DNA from: Octopus sinensis
Lineage: Eukaryota
NCBI RefSeq assembly: GCF_006345805.1
Contig: NC_042997.1
Coordinates: forward strand, 180,854,001-180,918,000
Reading direction: 5' to 3'
DNA: 64,000 bases
Numbering within the stretch: the first letter of the stretch is position 1; every line of letters begins with the position of its first letter. Shown here piece after piece: positions 1 to 12,861 of this stretch. The notes beneath the pieces were generated by a model. That model made no database searches. It was not told the DNA's origin and was given only the letters and a program-made list of their open reading frames with translations. The translations under genes and the position numbers were made by a program.

Positions 1-827
1 AAAACTACTCTGAGACATAAAACACAATTTATCTCATTTTCATTCAACACCTAAGTCTTACTTCTTTTAATAATATATCAGTCACGAAATGAAAGTTAAT
101 CATATAGCAAAGTCATAGAACTAAAACTTCACTTACAGACTACATGATTAACTTCCATATGAATAACAGCAATTTAGTTCATTAGCCTTTTTGGAAAGTT
201 GTTATATATTTATGGGCTTTTATCTACTGAAGTATTCCGTTATAGATTTTGTCGCCAAATTGCGAGAACGGGAACTTTGATGCCTGAAAATATATGTAGT
301 ATATCTAATAAATTTAGATATGGCCTCCTTGTGAAAATATACTTTAAACAGATCACAGAATTTCGGATGTCTATTAAAGAAAGATCAGATCGGCTAACAC
401 ATGTTTTGCCTACATAGACCTCTTGATTGTAACCTTCAGTTTTCTCTCCTAAATTAGAAAAAAAGAAGGAAAAAATCTAGGATTTTTATTAATATTAGAA
501 ATATTGAATTTCTAAATGTCTCAGAGAGACATGAGCGGTGGTGGGGCGATATAGTGGTTGTATACTGTCAGCTCAACGTGACAGTCCCATAAGGTAATTA
601 CACCACCGCCATTTAGCCCTAGGAAACAGTTTAAAATAGTTTAAATACGTTTATCGTACGATAATTTACTGTTCGGAAATAATCCGGCTTTTGAGTGTTG
701 AATCAAAGTATTCCACTCAGAATTCAAAAGATGAAATAGATGTTGGAGCGTTTCTTTACTTCCAGCAATCACTTACAATATAGCTATACAGCAGGAATTA
801 ATAATTTTAATAAAACATTGCTTGTAC

Positions 828-983
828 CTTGAAAGTCTTGAAAGTCCAGTGTAACCATCATCTGAACTCTTTGGGATCAGGGCCAGTGTAGACAGTAGGT
901 TACTTTTCATTCCCCTGTTTTTACGTAGAATACAAATTCGATCATTCCAGTAATGTCCTACAGCATTTCCGATGTTGAGACAC
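828..983 (-). CDS. Candidate internal coding exon of an unidentified host gene (156 nt, phase 2-2)
   Basis: Minus strand reads ttacttttacaatccctgcttttgtag|GTGTCTC...CTTTCAAG|gtacaag. Length is divisible by 3 and only one frame is open: CLNIGNAVGHYWNDRICILRKNRGMKSNLLSTLALIPKSSDDGYTGLSRLS. The sequence is unique in the window. Confidence 0.55.
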
Positions 984-1022
984 CTACAAAAGCAGGGATT
1001 GTAAAAGTAACTTTAATTATAT

Positions 1023-1420
1023 AGGCGCAAGAGTGACTGTGTGGTAGGTAGCTTACTTACCAACCACATGGTCCCGGGTTCAGTCCCACTACATGGCACC
1101 TTGGGTAAGTGTCTTTTACTATAGCCTCGGGCCGACCAAAGCCTTGTGAGTGGATTTGGTAGACGGAAGCTGAAAGAAGCCCGTCGTATATATATATATG
1201 TATGTATGTGTGTGTTTGTGTGTCTGCGTTTGTCCTCCCAACATCGCTTGACAACCGATGCTGGTGTGTTTACGTCCCCGTAACTTAGCGGTTTGGCAAA
1301 AGAGACCGATATAATAAGTACTAGGCTTCTAAAGAATAAGTCCTGGGGTCGATTTGCTCGACTGAAAGGCGGTGCTCCAGCATGGCCACAGTGAAATGAC
1401 TGAAACAAGTAAAGATAAAG
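1023..1420 (+). mobile_element. tRNA-derived SINE family A, with CORE-like segment and internal TA/TG microsatellite
   Basis: Head has A/B-box-like motifs (gtgactgtgtggtag, gggttcagtcc), then ggcaccttgggtaagtg. Tail is ...aatgactgaaacaagtaaa. More than 10 homologous copies occur in the window. Confidence 0.85.
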
Positions 1421-1845
1421 AGAAAGAGAGAGGTGTGTATTGTGTATGACACAGTTATAAAATCATCGCCAAATAAAGTCCTTTATTGGAAAAAAAAGCA
1501 AATAATTAAACACTCTAAAAAATATTTCGAACTGTAAAAATATTGCAAGAATATCGCAATTGTTAGGGTGTAACTTTTATGTCTTACAGGACATTATTCA
1601 TCTGTAGATGTGAATTTCTTAACTATTTACAATGTCTAAGAAATGCACCGTCAGAATATGAAAGCATCCACCTGTTATTCTCTCATTTTTTTTGTGTTGG
1701 TATCTTTCATTACATTGCCTTTGTTAGATGCATGTCAGACAAGACTTTAAGTCTGGACAACAAACCGCACAAATGATCATCAAAAAATAAAACAGTGATA
1801 TGTAGTACCATTCACGCAAATTCCATCCAAAACTTTTATTAATAA

Positions 1846-2243
1846 CTAGCAGTATCGCCCGGCGTTGCTCGGGTTTGTAAGGGAAATAACTATATAAGCA
1901 TTTTTAGAGATCTAAAGTATAATAGCCATCTCAATATGGCTAATCACAAGGGGGGGGGGTGTTATTGTAACTTTTTACGTTCTGAGATTTAATAATAAAT
2001 TTTTAGAGAGTTACTTCCCTTATATATGCCAAAAATGCATTAAAGATGGGAAAAATTGATGGTAAATTTGTTTTAAAATCGTAGACTCATCGTCGACGCG
2101 CGCTAATACCCAGAGGGGCTCGATATGAATTACGACTATAAGATACCCGGTTTTCGTTAAACTGCACCGCAAAATGTGGGAGTAGTTAGGAATCTAAATC
2201 GTAGGAGACAGACAGTACACAACCTTACTTTTATATATAAAGA
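1846..2243 (-). mobile_element. Non-autonomous Helitron-like element
   Basis: Minus strand starts TC and ends with hairpin cccgagcaacgccggg followed by CTAG. Inserted between A and T. The same 3' end occurs at 63226. Confidence 0.75.
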
Positions 2244-3596
2244 TATACCACTACACGTATTAATCATCAGCATGATGCGAAATTTATCCATATAAAGCAT
2301 AAGTGCTACATACGTCACTTGAAACATGCATATTTTAGTTATATATATGTAATAGCACTTAAAGTTGCATTTCTGTAAATAACGTATTTGATTTGGGCGT
2401 TTAATTGCCAAACTGATTTACTATAAATCCTAATGGGAGGGTGTATTTCGAGTATCTGAGTGTTATTCCGATTTCTCTTCGTTCTCTCCTTTCAACTGAC
2501 CTTTTAGAATCGTGCATTTAAATACATACACATACACCCACATATTTATTTTATCCTATTCCATTTCTGCGTTCCAATTTGTGCATATTCAATGTTTGCA
2601 CTAGATTCGACAATGTTTGCTATTCTTGTGTAGGGCTCGAACAACTGGGTGACAGTGTTTGTGTGTAGTAGTTCAATCTGCTTAATTTTAAGCGATTTTC
2701 AAAATCAAAGAAAATAAAACACTTCTAGTTTTCTCTTATTGATATCAAACAGTATCTATTAACTGAGCCCACGGCAACATTTCAGGGCCATATATATATC
2801 TTATCTTTTATCTATCACATGATTCAATCATTAGACTACAGCCATACTGGGGTACCACCTTGATATCTATATATGCAATTATATAGATTAGAAATGGATT
2901 CGGTGTATTTAATAGTGTCTTTATATGGAGAGAGTTGAGACATTCGCCTAAAATTCGTTAACTATAAGGCTAGAACTTTGAATGAAATACTCTTGTTTTT
3001 TCCTCAACCGTGCGGCTTATATTTACCGCCTGCAACGCATAATTTTTCACTAGAATTGGTTTCCTAAGATACTTTAGTGACAACGAAAGATATGCAAAGT
3101 ATGTCGCCTTCGTGCTTTTGCCAAAACAGGAAAATAGATGTCAACCAACCATAGTGCATTGTGGAGTTCTGTCTGTAAGCGAAGCCTTCGTCTTACATAT
3201 AATGCCAGCCTTCTGAAGCTTGCTGCATAAAATACATTTTTCTTTTTTATCAACGCCTGAGTCTTTATCAAGATGTGCATAGCAGCCTCTTGATCAAGAT
3301 AAACAGGCTTTAGAGGTTTTCATTGTATATGCTTGTTAGATATTTTCTAAAAAGAAATAGTTATTCTTGTTGTTATAACAGTTACGGCGTCCTTGTCCTG
3401 AAGCCATATTTCTCCCGCACAAAAGATGTGATATAAGAGATATCATTGAATAGATATCTGTCAGTACTCTATTTCCAACTTTATGTAAGTACAAACACAC
3501 ATATGCACATACCTATAGAGGGATAGACAGACAGTCTGACTGACAAACAGACAAATAGATAGACAAACAGATATTCACACACAGACACACGAATAT

Positions 3597-4000
3597 ATCA
3601 TCATCATTTAATGTCCGCTTTCCATGCTAGCATGGGTTGGACGATTTGACTGAGGTGTGGCGAACCAGACTCCAATCTGATCTGGCAGAGTTTCTACAGC
3701 TGGATGTCCTTCCTAACGCCAACCACTTCGAGAGTGTAGTGGGTGCTTGCACGTGCCACCGGCACGAGGGCCAGTTTGGTGGTACTGGCTACGACCACGC
3801 TCAAATGGTGCTTTTTATGTGCCACCTGCACAGGAGCCAGTCCAGTGGCACTGGCAACGACCTCGCTCGAATGTTTTTTCACGTGTCACCAGCACAAAAG
3901 CCAGTAAGGTGACGCAGGTAATGATCACGCTCGAATGGTGTTTAACGTGCCATCGGCGCGAAGGCCAACTTGTTGCTCTGGTAACGATCTCACTCGTATG
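3597..4000 (-). mobile_element. SINE-like element with (GAT)n tail and an internal array of four ~64-66 bp units
   Basis: (ATC)n at 3597. Minus-strand ggttggcgttaggaaggacatccagctgtagaaa motif. Units start at 3751, 3817, 3881 and 3945. Confidence 0.6.
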
Positions 4001-4011
4001 GTAATATATAA

Positions 4012-4130
<119 letters not shown>

Positions 4131-5431
4131 CTGGATCATATCTTCACATTAACTTCTACGATTTTAGAGAAACCGATTTTCACCTGACTTCTGAACTGGT
4201 CGTCATTCAAGTCATACTTCAGAATTATTCAAAATGGTTTATCTTAAAAAAAAAAAACTTGAATATATACGATATTTGAAAGAACTTCCATTAATTTGCC
4301 AACACATTACTTACTGTCCAGGCAGATATAATTTATTAATTTCTGTCTATTCTTAAATTGAAATTCAACATAGGAGGTCATTTGTTATGTGTGGTGATGT
4401 ATGTGAAACATCTAGAAGTTCATCTGTCGTATAACATTCAGGTGATATGTTGTTAATTTTATCGGTAGAGAAGATTTGTAAACACCCTGGCAACGTCTAA
4501 TGGATAATGCTATAGATCTATAGCAATCTATTTTGTAGCGTGACATGGTTTTCAACAAAGACTGTTTTCCTGTGATTTCCTACGCGAAATCATTCAGTGA
4601 AAACAATTTCCCGAAGTAAGGTTAGCTATGCTTACCAAATCAACACTTTTGTATCATGATCCATTTCGGTTCAATTTCTTCGTTTCTCCTCATCTTTCTC
4701 TCTATGTCTTTCTACGTCTCGTCCTGTCTTTCTCTCTATCTGTCTGTCTGTCTTTCTTCTCTCTTTCTCCACTTACACTCAGATAAAATGAAGCCACTGA
4801 CATATATATATGAAGATACTCTCGAGCTTACGTTTCCAAGTTAAGTATATATCTGCATGTGTGTATGTGTGCATATGTGTGAGTAATTCTGCGCACTCAC
4901 ACACAGACACACTCACGAAGAAGCACATTATCGGAGATACATTAGTTAGAAACTAACATTTCTTAAAGCTATCACATCATCATTTCAATACTTTCCTCAT
5001 CTTATCTTTAGTGCAAACTTATTTCAGTCGTGATTAGTATTGCCGTTTGGTTTTCGCAAGAAGCATGAGCATACTGTTTCGATCGCATTTATTTCTTTCC
5101 CGCATCACATTTTCTGGTCGTTAACGTCACACATCTTTTAAAAACAAGGAAACAGCTTCCCCGTAGTGGCTGATGTCAGTTAAAGATTTAGTATATGGAA
5201 TGTGAGATTTGTAATAACTGTGTCTATTGATATAGTTTCCGTAACAAATCTGTTTTTCATCAATTGAGATTTATGAAAATTTTATTATTTAATAATATTT
5301 TTCTTTCTATATAATTTTGCTTTGTGTTGTCTAATATATGTTGTAATGGCGTCTTCTCTTAGGTATATCAACAAATGAAAGTCTTGTAGTTTTATGCGTA
5401 ATGTTACTGAATAAGTAAGTATTCAGATTCT

Positions 5432-5823
5432 GGGGAGGCGCAATGGCCCAGTGGTTAGGGCAGCGGACTCGCGGTCATAGGATCGCGGTTTCGATTCCCA
5501 GACCGGGCGTTGTGAGTGTTTATTGAGCGAAAACACCTAAAGCTCCACGTGTCTCCGGCAGGGGATGGTGGTGATCCCTGCTGTACTCTTTCACCACAAC
5601 TTTCTCTCACTCTTACTTCATGTTTCTGTTGTACCTGTATTTCAAAGGGCCGGCCTTATCACTCTCTGTGTCACGCTGAATATCCCCGAGAACTACGTTA
5701 AGGGTACACTTGTCATGGAGTGCTCAGCCACTTACACGTTAATTTCACGAGCAGGCTGTTCCGTTGATTCGGATCAAACGGAACCCTCATCGTCGTAACC
5801 GACGGAGTGCTTCCATCCTATCC
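5432..5823 (+). mobile_element. tRNA-derived SINE family B, full length with TSD
   Basis: A box tggcccagtgg and B box ggtttcgattc. The 11-bp TSD attcagattct is at 5421-5431 and 5824-5834. A near-identical copy is at 50036. Confidence 0.9.
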
Positions 5824-6239
5824 ATTCAGATTCTATTATTGCATATGAATACATACATTACATCAGCCAACTGATATTCATCTTGATGTCTGCTGGCTTG
5901 AAGAATATAAGATATCTTCACAAAAGTATTTGAAGCATACGTTATGCAAAAAGAAAATTTTCAGTAGGATTTAATCAAGCGTTTCGCAAGCTGAAATTCT
6001 AAAGAAGTTTTATATTTTACAGGAATGGTTCATATTTGATTACTGAATCAATTACGAGTTGATATAGGTTATATTAGGTTATTCCTCACGTGAAAGCACT
6101 GATGATTTTGTTGTTTATTTATTTTTGAAAGGTCTTGGAAAAGAGTCCTGTTCCCCAGCCCTCCAGGACGGGCCACACCGAAGCATCTAATGCTCCAATT
6201 AAAATTCTGTAATTCAACACATCCAAGTAAACATAAGCA

Positions 6240-6917
6240 GAGATAGAACCTCAGATAGTAGACATTCTGGGAAGGGTTTGGACATACTGGTTACTATGGA
6301 ACCTGAGAAAAATACTATCAGTGACGGGAAGAGATGAAATGATTGAGTACCATGCAGCTGAGTGAATATGGCAGGCGATCAATTTACTCTGAGGAGAATG
6401 GACAACTGTTGTATCGGTAAACATGCAGAGAGAGAGAGAGAGAAATAGAGAGAGCATATTACTGGGCTGATTGGTGGGAACAAAAACCTCTGCATGGCAA
6501 ATATGCAAACAAGCTGATGTAGACCAGAAGGACACCCTTCAGTGGCTAAGAATCTCAGGCTAAAGGCAGAGAGTGAAAGCTTTTTCTTGACTGCCCAAGA
6601 TCAGAGCTTATTGACCCGGAATGAGGAAAATGGTGTAGACCCCAAGTGCCGATACTGGGAGAGAAGCAGTCGACCACCTATTCACTGCATGTAAGGGTTT
6701 TGCACCTGTAGAGTACAAATCAAGACATGACAGAGTTGGCCAATATCTACATTGGATAATGTGTCGGCATTATAAAATCAAAACTGCTGAGAAATGGTAT
6801 AAGCACCACCCTGAGACTGTAACTTAAGGAGGAAATGTAAGTATTTTTGGGGACTTGTCAGTATGTACAGATCGGACTATCAAGGCAAATAATCCAGATA
6901 TTGTTGTAAAAGACAAC
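6240..6917 (+). pseudogene. R4/Dong-type non-LTR retrotransposon fragment (post-RT region, CCHC knuckle, start of RLE)
   Basis: Frameshifted translation includes LCMAN/HGK-like, AQDQSLLTRN, KCRY..AVDHLFTAC, RHDRVGQYLHW, WYKHHPETV and TDRTIKANNPDIVV. Confidence 0.75.
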
Positions 6918-6991
6918 GGTTTTTGTGTGTTTCTTAAACGGCTTATAAACACCTTCCACGCTGCAAAAAAATATCATTATTGTTGTTGTTA

Positions 6992-7044
<53 letters not shown>

Positions 7045-7062
7045 ATTATTATTATTATTATT

Positions 7063-7357
7063 CAGTAGTTTTATTTTTATAGCGTGCTTTCACTTCACTA
7101 CCGAGCGCAGCTCTGTGTGCCTTGGGTATGTGCTGTGATTTGTTGTGATGCTCTGATGGTTATTGTATGGAAAGTGTTCTGCGTAGGATGTTTGCAGTGC
7201 CTAGTAGTGCAATTTTCTGTATGTTATATGTGTTTGTAAGTCCTGGTGTTTTTGTTATGTATTTGTCTGAATATTTTTTTATCATGCCTAATGCACCTAC
7301 TATGATAGGAATTGTTTCTGTTTTCAGGTTCCACATTCTAGTTACCTCTATTTCCAG

Positions 7358-7358
<1 letters not shown>
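7063..7358 (-). mobile_element. R4/Dong-type LINE 3' end (RLE C-terminus plus 3'UTR) embedded in (ATT)n
   Basis: Minus frame LEIEVTRMWNLKTETIPIIVGALGMIKK...IQKIALLGTANILRRTLSIQ*. Flanked by (ATT)n on both sides. Confidence 0.8.
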
Positions 7359-7401
<43 letters not shown>

Positions 7402-7402
<1 letters not shown>

Positions 7403-7955
7403 GAGTGAGAGAGCAGTTCATGCCATCAAAGTGACACTGGGGTAAAATATACGAAGCCCAATATACCCATCATGACTACCCGTCTGATAAAGGTACACCA
7501 GGCACATGCATCACAACCATATGTGCGCGACATGGTGATCTCATTCAAGATAAACAACACATGGCCTTGCAGGTGGGGCCCAGTTAGAATTTTCTTCAGG
7601 TTGAGTAGCCCATCCTGCTCAAACGGTCCCTGAATAAGGGTTGCTTTAGGATGTTGAACGAAACACCTATGTTCCAGAGGTGAACCATTCAAACTCCAAA
7701 GAATCCCTCTCAACACATAGCCATGATGCTCCCCCACTAATTCTGCTCGTGATCAGAGACGCACATATCGTCAGCCACTAAGGGACATGCTCAACTGGTT
7801 ACGGTCAAACAACTGACAAGCAAACCTGTGGTATTGAGCAGAATATTTGCTGTAGCCCATCTTTTATACCAAGACAAAACAATGTACATGATAACACTTC
7901 AGTCAGTTAAGATCAGAAGCCATGAGAGCCACTGCCTGGTACTGCATCAGGGCAT
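7402..7955 (-). mobile_element. ~550 bp non-coding interspersed element inserted in (ATT)n
   Basis: Near-identical copy at 10636-11189 and partial inverted copy at 36647-36966. All copies lie next to (ATT)/(AAT) arrays. Strand is inferred from the (TAA)n tail. Confidence 0.75.
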
Positions 7956-8081
7956 TTATTATTATTATTATTATATTATTATTATTATTATATTATTATT
8001 ATTATTATCATTATTGTTGTTGTTATCATTATTATTATATTATTATTATTATTATATATATTATTATTATTATTATTATTC

Positions 8082-8112
<31 letters not shown>

Positions 8113-9899
8113 TATTATTATATTCCATCGAGGTCGGCTTTGTCTTTCATGTTTTCGGTGTCGGTAAAATAAGGATTTTCATTAGAATACGAAGATCGTC
8201 TATTTTCGTTTAGCCTACTTGAACTTGGTTGCTTCATTGTTTGAGGCGGATTGAATGTATGAAGGCAAAACGGGGCCAACACTATCAGAAACGAGGCAAG
8301 CAGATGGATTAATATACCTAAGGACCTCACTAAAGAAACATGTCTCGTCTGTAACTAAAGCTGCTCATCAACTATTGCGATTATAGCTATCCAACGATTT
8401 ACAAATGACGAGATGGTCATTAACAGACACGATGGGCAGACTTAAGCTATTTATGTAGAGTGTGATAATGTACATGTGTTGCTCTGTGTTTGCCACCGTT
8501 TATACGCGAGTCTGCATTATATAAGCATTCTGTTGATAGGAGATGTTTCTATAAAAACTTTATATTTATTATTCAGTCGGAAAAAGCTATATATTATCAT
8601 AACTGTTAGGGCATATTCCTATTTTATATCGTGAAGTTTTGTTTCATACCTGTGAATAATGCATAAGCTATTTCATAAATAACTTTTGAAATAAAATACA
8701 AACGAAAATATATTTAGAATTTTTTTTTTCTATGTGTGCGTATGTATCTGTGAATGTGTATACCATGCCTTATCGTTGTCTATTTAATATCATTCTTGCG
8801 AATCCAAGACATACATTTATATAAAATATTATATTTACACTTTATCATAATTACAACTCTGAAATTACATTTTTTATGGTGAAATATGGCTTTATGAGTT
8901 CATATTTCATTTTGGAAATAAAATAAAGGGAAAACGGTTTTTATACGTAATATTGTTTTCAATCTTAATTGGGTTTTGTTTTTTTTATAAAATATTTATA
9001 TTATTTTTCAGTTCTTGTTATTTTACGCTCACTGGCTAATACACGATAATTACACAAAATATGCCATTATTCTTGGCACAGACCCGAATAATCAAAAGTT
9101 GTAAATATTGAAGCAACAGTAAATTCAATTATTGTTATAATTTTTCGCAATAAAAACAGATTCTTTAGCTTGCAATGATCTGAAAATATTCCTCTTTAGT
9201 TTAAATTTAATTATTTTAAAAAATGTGCATTTTAAATTACTTTACTGAATCAATATTCTGTTCTGGATAATAATTCTCAACAGATTCTACAGTTTTCAAC
9301 AGTCAAAATAAGGTGTTCTGTTTATTTTATTCAGTTTCAAAGAAAAATCATCGTGTTCTAATTTTCAGTCTTCATTAATACAGATCGATGTTGGATATCA
9401 TTTTCAAGTTTTCATTATTACGTTCCGTATTAAATAGATTTTTGGCACATTTTATAAATGCTATTCATTTGATGTACACTGCATTTAAAACGATTCTCAC
9501 AACTGATACCAAGCTTACATTTCGATAAAATGTTGAGCTTCATTGTTTCTTCATGGAGCTCTGGAAATTATGTTTTCCACTTACGATAAAACAGCAGTAA
9601 ATAAAAATAATCCATAGGAGGTTTTATTCAGTATAATACTTTTAAAATATAGGAAAGACAACTCATATGAATATTTCCAGTATAACAATATAGTTAATTA
9701 ACTAATGAGAGTGTTGGTTCCGTTCATCGACTTCAGAAAATTCACCCAATTTTTAATTTTTCATTACTATTGTTTTACTTCTCAGAATGCTCGGTCTTGT
9801 TTGCTCTGGTTGATTCTGTGAGAGCAGATAGTAGCCTGTTGTCAGAGGTCTCACAGGGTCTCTTTCCGCGCATTATAAGCTTTGATGATTGGTTGTTAA

Positions 9900-10598
9900 T
9901 TATCCTGGAAGACATTCAACATCCAAGCATCAATCACAAAATCCTAGCTGTCTCCAGCAGTGCAGTTTTTTTCTTCTTCTGATCGCATGTCAATTCCGAT
10001 TTCTCTGACATATTTCTCGAACTTGGTTGTTAGTGCTCCGAGTGCCCCTACAACTACTGAGATGACAGACATCCTCCTCATTGTCCACATTCTTGCAATT
10101 TCGTCTTTTAGTAGTGTGTACTTATCAATCTTTTCGATTTCGATTAGCAGATCCTTATATTTTCTGAGCTGTATGATCCAGCATCGTTTGCTATCTTTCT
10201 AAATTAATACTATGACTGACTTCCTCTTCTCTATCTCATAGTCGCACTGAATCATAAAATCCCATAGGATCTTTGCATTATCATTTTCGATGATGCCTTC
10301 AGGTTCATGTTCGTACCACTTTTTTGCTCTGTCAAGTCCATACTTGTTGCAAAGTTTCAAATGGACAATCCTTGCTATATTGTCAGGACGTCTCTTATAT
10401 TCTTTCTGGGCTAGTGGTGTACATTGAATGGTAATATGCCATACCGTTTTCCCATTTTCTCCACAGATTCTGCGCTTATCACTTTTTGTGTTGTCTGTTC
10501 TGTATTTGACGTAGTTGTTTCTCCATGCCTGCTCTTATCTGCTTCATGACCTCTCCCGACGGTATCGCTGGCCCGTCCATACATTTGATTTTGCCTAT
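9900..10598 (-). pseudogene. R4/Dong-type LINE fragment (CCHC plus RLE)
   Basis: Minus translation includes RICGENGKTVWHITIQC, EYKRRPDNIARIVH, WYEHEPEGIIENDNAKILWDF, VVVGALG and LETARIL. Confidence 0.75.
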
Positions 10599-10635
10599 CT
10601 ATTATTATTACTATGATTATTATTATTATTATTAT

Positions 10636-11189
10636 GTGAGAGAGCAGTGCATGCCATCAAAGTGACACTGGGGTAAAATATACGAAGCCCAATATACCCA
10701 TCATGACTACCCGTCTGATAAAGGTACACCAGGCACATGCATCACAACCATATGTGCGCGACATGGTGATCTCATATCAAGATAAACAGCACATGACCTT
10801 GCAGGTGGGGCCCAGTTAGAATTTTCTTCAGGTTGAGTAGCCCATCCCGTTCAAAAGGTCCCTGAATAAGGGTTGTTTAAGGATGTTGAAAGAACCACCC
10901 ATGTTTCCAGAGGTGAATTATTCAAACTCCAAAGAATCCCTCTCAACACATAGCTATGATGCTCCCCCACTACTTCTGCTCGTGATCAGAGATGCACATA
11001 TCGTCAGCCACTAAGGGACATGCTCAACTGGTTAAAGTCAAACAACTGACAAGCAAATCTGTGGTATTGAGCAGAATATTTGGTGTAGCCCATCTTTTAT
11101 ACCAAGACAAAACAATGTACATGATAACACTTCCAATCAGTTAAGATCAGAAGCCATGAGAGCCACTGCCTGGTACTGCATCAGGGCAT
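10636..11189 (-). mobile_element. Second copy of the ~550 bp (ATT)n-associated element
   Basis: Colinear with 7402-7955 and flanked by (ATT)n. Confidence 0.75.
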
Positions 11190-11197
11190 AGATACTG

Positions 11198-11234
<37 letters not shown>

Positions 11235-11276
11235 TATTATTATTATTATTATTATCATTATAATTATTATTATTAT

Positions 11277-11316
<40 letters not shown>

Positions 11317-11619
11317 TATATTGCTATTATTCTCTCCCAAGTGTTGATTTGGCACAATCTTTAGAGCATCGGGAAACTGCTTTGTGGTACTTGTTTGGGC
11401 TCTTAACATACCTCGTTCAAATTCAGCTGCTTAAAAAAAGGCACGGAAGAAAAGCTTCTCCCCCTAGTTTTACTGCATTACTGCTGACCTAGCGATGTCT
11501 AGCAATAGTAACAACAAAACGAAAATACTCAACGCACAATTTCAGGATTTTATATTATTTATGCTGAGGAAGTAAAAGATTAAATTATAGTGATTGTGAC
11601 ATTTTCAGGTTCACACGTG

Positions 11620-12531
11620 CAGGTAACATTGATGTATTTGAAATTCAGTATGTCAGTATCTTAACATCGGCAGATAAAATTTGTGCTTTGAGAGACATGA
11701 TAACAATTTGGAAATGCAAATTAAAAGAAGGAAATTTTGATATGCGCTTTCCACAACTTGTGAGTGCGAGCTAAAATGTGAGATCAACTTGATAATTGTT
11801 GACCAGTTAACATTGCTTAGAGAAAAAAATTGATTATTATTATTATCGAAATATTGAAATTCAAAACTACGATTGGATCAGAAATCCATTTCTAGCAACT
11901 GTAACGATTGATTTTTGACTTACCAAAGAAGAACTCGCCGAAATCAAGAATGATCGGTGTCTGTTATTGATTTACGAAGAGGGGAACTTCCAGAACGTTT
12001 AGATTCGTGTTTCAAAGAAAGATCCAAACCTAGCTAAAAAGCTTTACAAATTATTTTACAAATTTCAACTACAGCATCTTTTCAGCTATACTACACTTTA
12101 TAAAGACATCGAAACGTGGAAAATTGAAAATGCTTGATAGTGAAATGCGTGTATCATTATCTACTATTCCACCTAATATCCAGAATCTCAGCTCTTCCCA
12201 TTATTCTCATGTATCTCACTTAAATAGTAAGATATAGAAGTTTTTATTAATATTCGCACATATTTACAGATTATTATTGATAAATGATAACTCTTGAAAA
12301 CGTATTTTATTTTGTTTATAAATTATATATTTATAAAATAAATGTAAATGAATAGGGTTTTCTCGATAAGTTCCGTTATTGAAATTCATTTACGCATCTA
12401 CATCTTATAGTCATGGTAGAACATTTAAATTAAAATAATTAACGCCAGGTTCACATAAAACTTTATTCGTGTATCGCTAAAGTATGTTTTTTAAGAAGTG
12501 TGTCACTAACCGGAAGACTTTGAAAAATGCT
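11620..12531 (+). pseudogene. hAT (Charlie/Buster-like) transposase 3' remnant
   Basis: Decayed DWIRNPF motif and C-terminal SEMRVSLSTIPPNIQNLSSSHYSHVSH*. TIR-like end ttgaaaaatgctg near 12520-12532. Confidence 0.6.
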
Positions 12532-12602
12532 GGTCTAAAACAATACACAAAGAGGGTCTATAATTGAACCGTGTTCCACTTTCTTACATCGAGTTGATAT
12601 AT

Positions 12603-12679
<77 letters not shown>

Positions 12680-12788
12680 CATATATATGCTCATATATAT
12701 AAAAAATATACATATATAAATATATATATATATTTGCATATATATGCTCATATATATATAAATATACATATATAAATATATATATATA

Positions 12789-12841
<53 letters not shown>

Positions 12842-12861
12842 ATATATATATGACCACTATA

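Noticed and set aside
3074-3325. 68-aa minus ORF, and an alternative frame with two in-frame TGA codons (possible selenoprotein)
   Set aside because: No recognisable motif, no clear splice sites, and no SECIS seen.
3751-4000. CRISPR-like regular repeat with variable inserts
   Set aside because: Eukaryotic context, no cas genes, and the units are diverged tandem copies with only ~10-nt variable loops.
5436-5510. SINE heads as functional tRNA genes (also 32317, 46848, 50036)
   Set aside because: The cloverleaf is incomplete and each continues into a multi-copy SINE body.
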